A stretch of 64,000 nt of DNA. Origin: Octopus sinensis (lineage: Eukaryota). Position 1 is the stretch's first letter; each line of letters opens with the position of its first letter. Both the position numbers and the translations under genes were made by a program. Of this stretch, positions 53,960 through 64,000 are shown in pieces. The notes beneath the pieces were generated by a model. It searched no databases. It worked only from the letters and a program-made list of their open reading frames with translations, and was not told the DNA's origin. The DNA lies in NCBI RefSeq assembly GCF_006345805.1, contig NC_042997.1, positions 79,236,001-79,300,000 of the forward strand, read 5' to 3'.

Positions 53960-54930
53960 GATCTATAGATTTTGCTTATTTGTGCACTGCTTTCTTTATC
54001 TTATTCTGTTTGCATTTTATTGAGATTTTCATAGGAATATTCTTCAAGTACTCTTCCATAATATGAGTGATTATGGTCTCTACTATACTGTAAGTTCTTA
54101 TATCTTTGGTTTCAGGATTGTCCTGCCAACAGATCTCATCATGTTTCAATGGAAGATAATGTGATGACATTTTTGGACAACTGCTTATGATGCGATGATG
54201 TGTAAAACTCCACAAAGTTTGCATTAGTTATCACATTTAGGTGCTTTTCTTGCATCTCTGTCCTTTCTGTGCATCAGGTATTTGGTAGTTACTTCCTTTT
54301 CCTGGATTGCAAATGCATACCTATCAAAGAGTTAGTGATGCAGTTGTTGGTTCAAGATTGTTTTGATTATAATGTTGTCATCCTGGAGTTTTCTTCTAAC
54401 ATAACCATGCTTGGTCTTCTGCACCCATCCTTGTATTTGATTATATGTTAATAGAGAGTCATGCAGCTTCTTTGGGTATGCATTCAAAATTATGAGACAA
54501 GGAATATTTCTCAAGTAACTGCTTTCTAAGCCTTGTGATATTATCTGCCACATGTATACAGACTTGATGGTTAAAAGATGTTGCTGAAAGAATACAATGT
54601 GACACCCAAAAGCTGTCTGAATTGATGATAAAACTTTGCCTCCATATTCTCATTTTAGGTAGAAGCAGTGTGTGTCACTGTTGATGTAAAGATTATTTGT
54701 GCTTATCATTATCTTTTGGGTTTTCGTGTTAATGGTTTGGATCTCATTAAGCATCCAGTCAAGTTGCCCAAATGTTGGTATGAGTACAACTACTGCTAAT
54801 ACACTGGGCCACTGTTTTAATGTATGCATAGAGTTTTGAGGTCTACATTTCCCTTGGTAGTGTGTCTGGGCTGTTATATATTTTGGTGAAGTGTTCCTTG
54901 CTACACATACCATCATAAGATATGTTTTTA
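53960..54930 (-). mobile_element. Decayed R4/Dong-like (RLE) LINE remnant
   Basis: FGQLDWMLNEIQTINTKTQKIM (RT C-terminal region) and HRIISSCPKMSS..LKHD (CCHC knuckle) across broken frames. Confidence 0.6.
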
Positions 54931-57900
54931 TTTATACCTAAACACCTGTAGGATTTGTCATCGAATATTGGTGAAGCAGTCAAGCCATTGATGGAAATGC
55001 TGCTTATCTGATTTACTTTTTTTGGTCATTTCACAATCATATGGGAAGATTAACACTGACCAAATTCCATCCCTTTATCTTTTAAGAATGTTATAACCAG
55101 TATAAGGTCCTTTTTTCCTGACATAATGACTGTCTAAGAAACAGTATATATGTATGTATGTATGTATGTATGCATGTATGTATGTATTTATGTGTGTACA
55201 TATGGATGAATGTGTGTGTGTGTGTATGTATACATGCATATTTTATTTATTTAATTTTAAAAAGTAACATATATTTTAGTCACTCAGGTCTGTGTTGGCA
55301 AAAATCAGTAAATAAAATTTTTGAAAATGGTTATGTCGTTTTTAGACCCAGGTCAATCCTAATAGAGCAGACTTCTCCCATTTTCTATTTCAGACATAGT
55401 GTATTCAGGGTTACAGAATTCTTTATGTGTTTCTACCTTTTTTTAAAGATAATAGGGAGATTTGATTGTTATTTTTAGCATGTCAAAGGACTACATTGAT
55501 TAGTGTTTCTCAAAGTTGGTTGCATGCTCCACTAGTGGGGCATGGCAATATTTTGGTAGGGCTTGGGTTACTTCAGAATGGGGTATAAGAAGTGAAAAAA
55601 AAACCGTTTTCATTATCATTTCTGAATATATATGCTATATTAGAAGAAACTTTGTCTACTCATGGTTATTTTGGAAAATTGAAGTAGGATATAAGACAAA
55701 ATAGGCTGAGAAACATTGATATAAAACTCTCTCAATCTGATATACGTTTGTACGTTGTGGTGCAGACATGAATTTTTCATGAATTTTAACATTTTCAGGC
55801 CAAGCAAATAGTCAACTTTCAAACCTTCTGCAAATTCAATCTATATTTTACTTGGGTTAATTATTCCCAAGTGAACAGCATTCATCCTCTCCAACAACTA
55901 TATAAAAAGCAGTCAAGGATATTTATTTTACTGGAAACTCATGTGAGTAACATGTGAGGTAAGCCTAGCAACATTCAGGATGTCCATGTACATTTCTCAG
56001 TAAACATTTGACTGCTGAGAAATTGCACCACTTAAATAATAAATACAATAGTTCATGATGTAAAGATGTCTAGATTTCATTGTTATAATTCAGAACACCT
56101 CTGTAGGCAGCGCTTCAAATAGAGGGAACACACTCTCTCTGAAATATTGAGTTACCCATTGTCAGGGACACAATGTCTCAGTGAAACAGTCTTCACAGCA
56201 ACCATACAATATTTCAGATTCGACTTCTGTCATAGAAGAGTATTTACTTTGGTAGTAATCTCTGTTTAGTCCTTGTATATTTGATATGCCTCAAATGGTT
56301 AATCCATCAGTCCATTTAAAATTGTAACTGATATGAGTTATGTGCAGATGATATTAACAAATGTTGATATCATCTTAAGTTAATATTTCTTATATTGAGA
56401 CTTTATACAAAGTGTTCCAGGATAGTTTTAAATTGGTTTCAAATTTTGGCACAAAGCTAGCAATTTTAAGGGAGGGCAAAGTTGATTATATTGACCCCAT
56501 GTTCAAATAGTACTTACTGTATAGTACTTACTTTCAAATAGTACTTGAAAGGCTAAAAGGCAAAGCTAACTCAGGAAAATATGAACCCAAAACATAAAAA
56601 GCCAGAAGAAATGCAGTTAGGCATTTCGTCTAAATCACTAACAATTCTACCAGCTCACCACATTTGGACAGTTTTAAAATAAAACAATGATTGGTTATGG
56701 CATTTGATGAAGAGAAGAGGAAATCAGAAAGAAAAGAAAGAAAAAGGCAAGATAATTGCTGCATATTTATATGATTAAAACTGCAGTGGTATCCAAACTA
56801 AGGGACAAAGCTTACCATATTAATTCTATTTATAGTTTCTTTCCTTGTATTTTGGAAATAATACTGCTTGAATATTTAGTAAATCCTTCTTTTACATTTG
56901 GATTCCTTCAACATAGACAGATGTTTAAGTGAATTTTAAAATGCCATTTGGAACAGTATTTCTATCTTTTAATCTTCCACCATGTCCAGATATTCATTAA
57001 ACTATACTATTTCTTCAAACTTCAATGAATTTAAATTGGTTAACTGGTTTGATTTTGAAGCCAGGTTTTGTTCAAACATTTAAAAGCAAGTCAGAATATT
57101 TAACTATCAACTGTGGTGTCTCTAGATTTGTTATCCTCCATGGGTTTAAAAGTGATTCCATTTCAAATGGATCAACAAGCATATTGAAGACCATCTTAGT
57201 CAACTCTAAGACAATAAATCTAAGTGAAAAACTAAAAGAAGACTAAAACTTTTCTCCTGCTAATCAATGTTATTTCTACTTCTGGCAGAAGGCCAACAAT
57301 TTTGATGAGTGTTAATCAATACTAATGATTCTTGTACTTAACTGATACTTTATTTTATTTTATTGACCCTGAAAAAATGAAAGGCAAAGTTGATCTCAGT
57401 GGAATTTGAACTCAGAAAGTAAAGAGCTGGAAATTAAAACAGTTGCAAGGCATCACGTTTGACATTCTAATGGTTCTTCCAATCCATCACCTATAAATGG
57501 TAATTATCATTTTATAAAACTTGTTTTTGAGCATTGTAGTCGCTACTCAGTTCAGCAAATCCAACTTCTTATATATCTTGATATCTCCCTGAAAATGCAA
57601 CTTTATGTTTCAAAGTTCAACATACTTATATAGATTTACTTTAGCCACTCTAAACTTTTTGAGTTCTCTTTTTGCTGATGCAACTACACAACCCTAACAA
57701 TAAACTAGCTTCTTCCTCTTAGGGCCTCCACCTCTTAACCATGAAAGAAATTGTATTCCTGGGGATCTCATTGACACATCTCTGTATTCACATTAGAATC
57801 TCTTACAAATTCTAAACAAGTAATAAATATTAAATATATAAAAATGTCTTAGGAATAAATAACAAAGGAAAAGTTCCGAGTATTTGGCATTTATGTTTAT

Positions 57901-58072
57901 CATAATATATGGTAGGTTGTGCCAATCATTATGGACGGGTGTTTTCTTAATGGATACTAAACACAGCCCAAAGACAGAACTGCTAAAATAAATTGATGAG
58001 ATTAATCTCCATAATTTATAAAACTAATCTGAATACAGTTCTATATTTAAGAGATGAAGAATTATGTATATG

Positions 58073-59124
58073 TTATTATTATCATTATTATTCAGTAGTT
58101 TTATTTTTATAACGTGCTTTCACTTCACTACCAAGCGCAGCTCTGTGTGCCTTGGGTTTGTGCTGTGGTTTGCTGTGATGCTCTTATGGTTACTGTATTA
58201 AAAGTGTTTTGCGTAGGAAAAGTGTATTAGAAGTGTTTTGTGTAGAATGTGTGCAGTACCCAGTAGTGCAATTTTCTGTATGTTGTATATATTTGTAAGT
58301 CCTGGTGTTTTTGTTGTGTATTTGTCTGAATATTTTTTTATCATACCTAATGCACCCACTATGATAGGAATTGTTTCTGTTTTTAGATTCCACATTCAAG
58401 TTACCTCTATTTCCAGGTCTTTGTATTTTGAAAGTTTCTCCATTTCTTTCAGATAAATGTTGTCATCTGCTGGTATTGATACATCAATTAGAAAATATTT
58501 TTTTTCTTCATGATCTCTAACAACTATATCTGGTCTATTAATTTCTTTATCTGTGTGTATTGGCATATCCCATAGTATGGTTGCTTTCTCGTTTTCTGTG
58601 ACCTTTTCTGGCATGTGCTTATACCATATTTTTTCTGTTGTTATTCCATAGTGTTGGCATAACTTCCAGTGTACGTAGGTCTGTGAATATATATATATGT
58701 AGGTCTGTGTATGTGGCTGTGAATATATTTCTTCTTAGCCAGGATTGGGCAGCCAGAGATAATATGATTTATTGTTTCTTGTCCATCTCCACATATTCTG
58801 CAGTTACTTGTTATGCTTTTGGTAATTTCTGGTGGGGAGGCTTTAGTCTTGTGCTGCAATTAAAAATCCTTCAGTCTCTACTTTGAGTCCTGAGCTTCTC
58901 AACCATTGCTGGGATTTTTCTCTGTCTATTTCTTTTGCATTTAGTTTAGTCCGGTATTTGCCATGAAGGGGCTTTTCTTGCCATCATTTTATCAAGGTCC
59001 ATTGCCATTCTAGTTTTAGTTTGGATTTCATTTGTTTTATAGCTTTTGTTGTTTCTTCTTCATATTTGTGAGGTAGTGTGACTTCTTGTTTGTATTTGTC
59101 AGCTTCCTTAAATACTGAAAACAG

Positions 59125-59127
<3 letters not shown>
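58073..59127 (-). mobile_element. 5'-truncated R4/Dong-like LINE in (TAA)n
   Basis: CRICGDGQETINHIISGCP zinc knuckle, RPDIVV...LIDVSIP...KLSKYKDL RLE nuclease and PIIVGALG. TAA repeats at both ends (58073-58092, 59127-59161). Confidence 0.9.
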
Positions 59128-59161
<34 letters not shown>

Positions 59162-59774
59162 GCCTGACTTAGCAATAAATCTAATATATAATCATTCCAA
59201 GTTAAATCTGTAGAAAAAGTTAAACCTAAAAGATGAAAACTAAAAACACCCAGGAAGAACTATATCAAATATAGCAATTAGAATATCATCAGGGTTCTTG
59301 AAATTCTTAATGGAAATTAGTCATTATTTCTATTCTTATGTATTTCTTCAGTATATTATTTTTCTAATTAATTCCACTGCTGGTATTTTCAAGAAATGGG
59401 AATGAAATGGTGCAGGGTATCAAGCCAGGAAATCTATAATAATGGACATTGAAGTGAAAATATGAACATATTTAATATTTCAGTTTAATAAAGCTTATGA
59501 AGTACTGAAATTTGTTTTTCTTTTTCAACTGTAGCATTGTAGCTTTCATCAGTTTTTCTTTTTCAACTGTAGCATTGTAGCTTTCATCAGTCTTTTCACT
59601 GTGTTTATGATTAGTTCCTGTAAATTGTTGTATCCTACTTAAACTATGTTTTATGTGCATAGCTGAGTTTCTGTGGATATCATCATCAACATTGTTCTTT
59701 AACTTTATACAAGACATTCAGATTAGCACATTATTTACATTCGACGGATATTTGTCCTCATCTTGTTTGTTGTT

Positions 59775-59820
59775 AACACAACGTTTCGGCTGATATACCC
59801 TCCAGCCTTCATCAGGTGTC
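59775..59820 (-). ncRNA. Minimal type I hammerhead (intact core, extra A after A9)
   Basis: GACAC-CUGAUGA-A-GGCUG(GAGGGUAUAU)CAGCC-GAAA-CG-UU^-GUGUU. Palindromic AACGUU helix III. Predicted cleavage between 59780 and 59779 (GUU). Confidence 0.85.
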
Positions 59821-60002
59821 TTGGGGAAATTTCAAACCTGGGCTCTCATTCCTAAGGTATTTTTCGATGTTATTATTATTATAACACTCAGTCCTAAGCA
59901 GATCAAGTGCAGATATGAATAGCATATGGGAACCAGTATTAAGGAAGGATAGGAAAATATTAGATTTATAAGCCCTAATAATTCACTCCATAATTACCCA
60001 TG

Positions 60003-60075
60003 AGCATATGGTGTAGTGGTTAAGAGCACAGGCTACTAACACCAAGATTCCAAGTTCAATTCTAGGCAGTGACCT
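60003..60075 (+). promoter_or_regulatory. tRNA-derived Pol III A/B-box module inside PLE 3' end
   Basis: A box TGGTGTAGTGG (60009-60019) and B box AGTTCAATTC (60053-60062). The middle resembles tRNA-Ile(AAU) as I recall it. A second copy lacking the A box is at about 45395-45450. Confidence 0.7.
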
Positions 60076-60384
60076 TAATAACAATAACATTGAAAAATAC
60101 CATAGGAATGAGAACCCAGGTTTGAAATTTCCCCAAGACACCTGAAATATCTGTCAAATGTAAATAACATTTTTTTTAGGACTTGACTGTGTCACATCAG
60201 GAACACTAAAAGAGATATTTTTCATCACCAGGCCCATGAAATTCCACATACAGACAAATTAAAGAGAAAAGGCCTTCGAATAATGAAATTTTTGACACTG
60301 ATTGAAAGAGTAGATAAATTATCTTGCAAAAGAAAATTTGAAATTTTAGCTGCTTGTGGGGAACTCATTAAATGGCCATTGAAA

Positions 60385-60442
60385 CAATATGTATCCATTT
60401 CAAATTTTCTTCCCATGGTACAGTCAACTCAACTAGCAGGAC
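60385..60442 (-). mobile_element. Tiny RLE-nuclease remnant (HERO/NeSL-like)
   Basis: Translates VLLVELTVPWEENLKW, resembling the ELTVPWE motif of RLE LINEs. Flanks unreadable. Confidence 0.45.
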
Positions 60443-60939
60443 TTATTTCTTCAAGTCATAATGTTAGGCTTTTGTTTCATTAGCACACTAGCTTGAGAAC
60501 TCAAATGCTCTTTCAAAGCCACCTGCACTTTCCAGTCATTAAGCACCATATAAATGTTTTAACTCTTTTGATACCAACCCACCTGAAACTGACCCAAACT
60601 GATTCTGGTACAAACTTCTTGTTTTAAAAAGATCTAAATTAAAACCAATCAAGATTTCATGATATTTATGTTCCAAATACCAGCTAAAGATTGACTGTCA
60701 TTTTATTAAACTCTTCATAATATATTAAAGTGTAGTATTTTTCAATGGAAATATACTAACAAAAGGTTTTGTCTCTTTCCCTTGTTGCTTACACACTTGC
60801 ATTATTACTTCTTGCCTTCTCCATGGACAACTACAGAGAATACAATAGAGTTGATTCTCATTACATTGATAACGCTTCATTGTTTTTAGTGGACTAACAA
60901 GAATGTTCAGAATTTGGTTATGTCTCCGTGAATAATTTG

Positions 60940-61105
60940 CAATGGACGACTCTCCCTTCTCCTAAATTTGGCTACCCACTTTTGCACTGATGATAAAGTT
61001 TAGAACATCATCCCCTAATGTCGCAACAATGTTGGCATGAATGCCCCCAGGGGCTAAACGCTTTTCCTGCAGGTACTTGATAACACCACAATGCCAAGAG
61101 AAGTC
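60940..61105 (-). mobile_element. Mariner transposase N-terminal remnant
   Basis: GVIKYLQEKRLAPGGIHANIVATLGDD, then after a frameshift SVQKWVAKFRRRES (HTH region). Confidence 0.7.
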
Positions 61106-63010
61106 ACTATTAGTTACTTTTGCAGTCTTCTTTGGACAATGAAATGTCAGTTTACCTGGAAAGAAACAATGCAGTTATCAATAAAAAGTGTTGAAATTAA
61201 TGCATGCAAGATTTCACAGCTCCAGCATCACTCCATCATAGTCAGTATATGAACTTTTCAGCCCACCCTCATGTATCATATATCATTTTCTAAAGGAATC
61301 ACAGCCTGGCTGGTCCATTTTCCAAGATATGTTGCATGATTGTTTCCTTCATTCAGGTATTTTTCATGCTGTCCATAAACTTGATTACATTGTCATTTGC
61401 TCTCTTTCTGATGACAATATTCAGCCTATCCTAGTTATTGTTAGGATATTTATATTTCAGTTTTTGTCCAACCATGTTCTGAACAACACTTATCATTCTC
61501 ATCAACTATACCTCATACTCTTGTAGTGACTCTAAGAACATGCTGATAAAACCACACCTTCAAGTTTTCTGCCAAGCTACAGTTGTCAGTCTAACAAATA
61601 GCTTCTTGTACCTCTACATATTAACTCCATAGCTACCATGTTTAATGCCAGTGAATTTATTGTTTGTAAACCACATAAATACTGTACTTAGGTATGGTAT
61701 GCATGAGAAGTTCTGTTATACATCCTAGAATGTAAATAAATAAAACCCAATATTTTGTACATATGGAATTGGTCCGATGGCATTTCTTTGACTGATAAAT
61801 TCAGACCAGCTGAAGCACCTTTCTTTCCCTCTTAGCTTGCTGAATTAAACATATATATAAATATATATCTGTATACTCACATTTGCACACATATACATTT
61901 GGTTATACAAATGGGAAAAATCTGAAGTTGAGCTACATCATAAGTGGTTCTGAAGCAGCTTGTCAAGTGATCTGACACAAAAGACTAGGCACTTGAGTTA
62001 TATAGTTCACAGCTAATAAATATATACATGTGTGTGCTTCTAAATAGTTAACAACTCTTTTGGTAGCTGTAACTAGTTATATTGTAGCTTAACAGTATTA
62101 TACTATACACCAAAAAGACAGAAAAGGTCAATGAATTAAGTTAATGCTCTATCAGATTGAATTTAATAAATTTAAACGCGAAAATCATACTTGAATAATT
62201 TAGTCCTGGTAGCTGAGCTGACTACCATGAGAAGATAAATTGGAATGGAAAGATATTGTTTAAAGTTTAAGTGACAAGAGAGTTGTGGGAAGTCCAAGTA
62301 TGACAGTGCTCCCCATGAAGGTAGAGCCACAATGACTGATATTGAGCTTCGGAAAGATAATAGACTGGTCATTGGGGAAAATTTTTTCTCTAGTATGTTA
62401 CAGGTTCATAACATGACAAACAGTTCCCACACTACGTTAACTAATCTTTTATATGGCTAGCATTTTAAAAGTAAAACCTCAGTGATTTGCTTTTTAAAAT
62501 ATACTAATTTTTCATGTCTACATGTGTATGTCTACTTAGTGATTCGACTGTCAGGTTGTTTACACTACTGGAAAAAAAGATACATCGTTAAGGTAGAGAG
62601 CTTAGAGATCATGATTCATAACATCCATAAATTCAGGTAAACGAGCCGCTAGAAATAGCAGTCAAATTTAACATAGCACTCTCCGTAAAAAAGATTAAAA
62701 GAATGTAGTAGTCATGTCCAGAACATTTTTGGTCATAGCTGTCTGCTTGATCAGGGCTAATCTGGGGTTGAACAATAACATCAATAAATGTCTAATTTTT
62801 TTTATTAATTTTTCTCACAAAGAAAACACTTTTTGAAATTAAAGAACCGCAACTTTTTTCTTCAATACAGTAAATAATATATTCATAAATGAAATAATCT
62901 CAAAGTAATTTTTAAAGAATCACGAAAATGTGGGTGGAAAGAAACAAAAAATTAACCTTAAAATCTTGACATTAACAAAAATTATGCCTTTATTCAAGGG
63001 ATCCTGTTGA

Positions 63011-64000
63011 TCATTTAGATACAATTGGAGAAATTTGATTGTCTTCATTATGACAAACTTTTACAGGATCCACAAAGGCTATTTGTTTTGGAGTTGGTGC
63101 TAACTCCGGGTGACACAAAAGACAAGAAATGGCATCTTTATTTGGTGCCAAACAGAACGGTTGCATTTTCATGCCATATTTATAGTAATAACCATCTTTC
63201 TTATTGCACTCCTGAACACCGGACTCAAAGCAATGAGTTTTTCTTACACCTCCAGCATGATGTAATGGTCTTTCTCTCTGCCAATATTGGCTGTTTGGTA
63301 GTATGGACATTATTTCTTCACAGCACACTCGGCTAACTACTCCATGATAACCTATTTTCTTGAATAATTGATCCCGTTTTTTAAGAAAACGTGGAAAATT
63401 ACTAGGCCAGTTTTTTCCCAAAGCCCAAGGAAATATTTCGTATTTGAGTTCCTCTTCATCTTCCTCCATATCACTGGCAAGATAAAGAGCTACAAAGAAA
63501 TTATAATAGGTATATTTATCGGCCAAATAACCTGCTCGCTTGAAATACACAAATGTTTCTGCCAGAAGATATTTATCGGAGAGACGATAACAAGAATCTC
63601 TTTCCAAAAAGCAAGCAACGACATCATTTTGGAGCAGTTTAAAAAATCTCAGTAACTCGTTGGTTTTCACTTCACTTTCCTTTGTTACCTTGGGCAGTTT
63701 CTTTGAAGTTTCAAACTTGGATAATTTAAAATATTTTGGGCCAGATAATTTCTTGTTAATTTGTTCTGTTTCTTCATATTGAAGAGTAACATGCATTTGC
63801 CATTCGTTATAAAGACGTAATAATTCTTGCCGTTGTTTCACATTATCTTCGAATTGCTTCTGAAGAAATGTTTCTGTAGAACAGCTGCTCGACAAAATGC
63901 CATTTATTTTCCACTCACTAAACCGAGATAAGTGCCGAGGTACTGCTTTAAATATCTTCTGCTGCCTTTTCTTTTGCCGCCATTCATAAGTCTTTGTTTT
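63011..64000 (-). CDS. SPDYA: Speedy/RINGO family CDK activator, 5'-partial
   Basis: Speedy-box motifs [44 protein letters not shown] and [11 protein letters not shown]. The frame stays open without a stop from 63895 to the window edge. AATAAA at 62994-62989, 17 nt after the stop. Symbol is family-level. Confidence 0.9.
   Translation of the reverse strand, partial: KTKTYEWRQKKRQQKIFKAVPRHLSRFSEWKINGILSSSCSTETFLQKQFEDNVKQRQELLRLYNEWQMHVTLQYEETEQINKKLSGPKYFKLSKFETSKKLPKVTKESEVKTNELLRFFKLLQNDVVACFLERDSCYRLSDKYLLAETFVYFKRAGYLADKYTYYNFFVALYLASDMEEDEEELKYEIFPWALGKNWPSNFPRFLKKRDQLFKKIGYHGVVSRVCCEEIMSILPNSQYWQRERPLHHAGGVRKTHCFESGVQECNKKDGYYYKYGMKMQPFCLAPNKDAISCLLCHPELAPTPKQIAFVDPVKVCHNEDNQISPIVSK

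Larger units (their letters stand above)
59725..60172. mobile_element. Inverted pair of PLE terminal repeats (same family as 44035-45609)
   Basis: 59725-59880 (minus) and 59885-60172 (plus) share GACACCTGA, GAGAACCCAGG and AATGTAAATAA with the 44-45.6 kb element. Confidence 0.85.

Noticed and set aside
55158-57246. Short ORFs and an isolated GAG|GTAAGC donor near 55958 as exons of a plus-strand gene
   Set aside because: No recognisable protein motif or consistent exon chain.

Overview
AT-rich animal genomic DNA. The SINE, RTE and MITE families and the huge (TA)n arrays resemble Octopus repeats as I remember them, so the species assignment is inference. Host genes: (i) the 5' part of PRPF39 on the minus strand, with three coding exons (51597-51543, 47021-46912, 8081-7956) whose intron phases are compatible. 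Intron 2 is 38.8 kb and is filled with retroelements. (ii) A Speedy/RINGO CDK-activator ORF on the minus strand (63011 to the window edge), with the whole Speedy domain in one exon. The giant intron holds a near full-length RTE LINE with a PHD-type finger inside its RT, several RTE 3' ends, an internally deleted piggyBac, two long Penelope-like elements (PLEs; one split by a CR1 with a 9-bp TSD), PLE fragments and about 8 kb of composite TA microsatellite. The most striking signal is RNA-level. At least four unrelated PLE-type families carry minimal type-I hammerhead ribozymes with palindromic helix III, three with an intact catalytic core (16488, 19504, 59775). One belongs to an ORF-less monomer of about 477 nt that looks like a retrozyme and also forms a 343-bp spacer-less palindrome centred inside the ribozyme. 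Another lies downstream of a tRNA-Ile-like Pol III module built into the PLE 3' end. All structures were read by eye; no folding or database searches were run.
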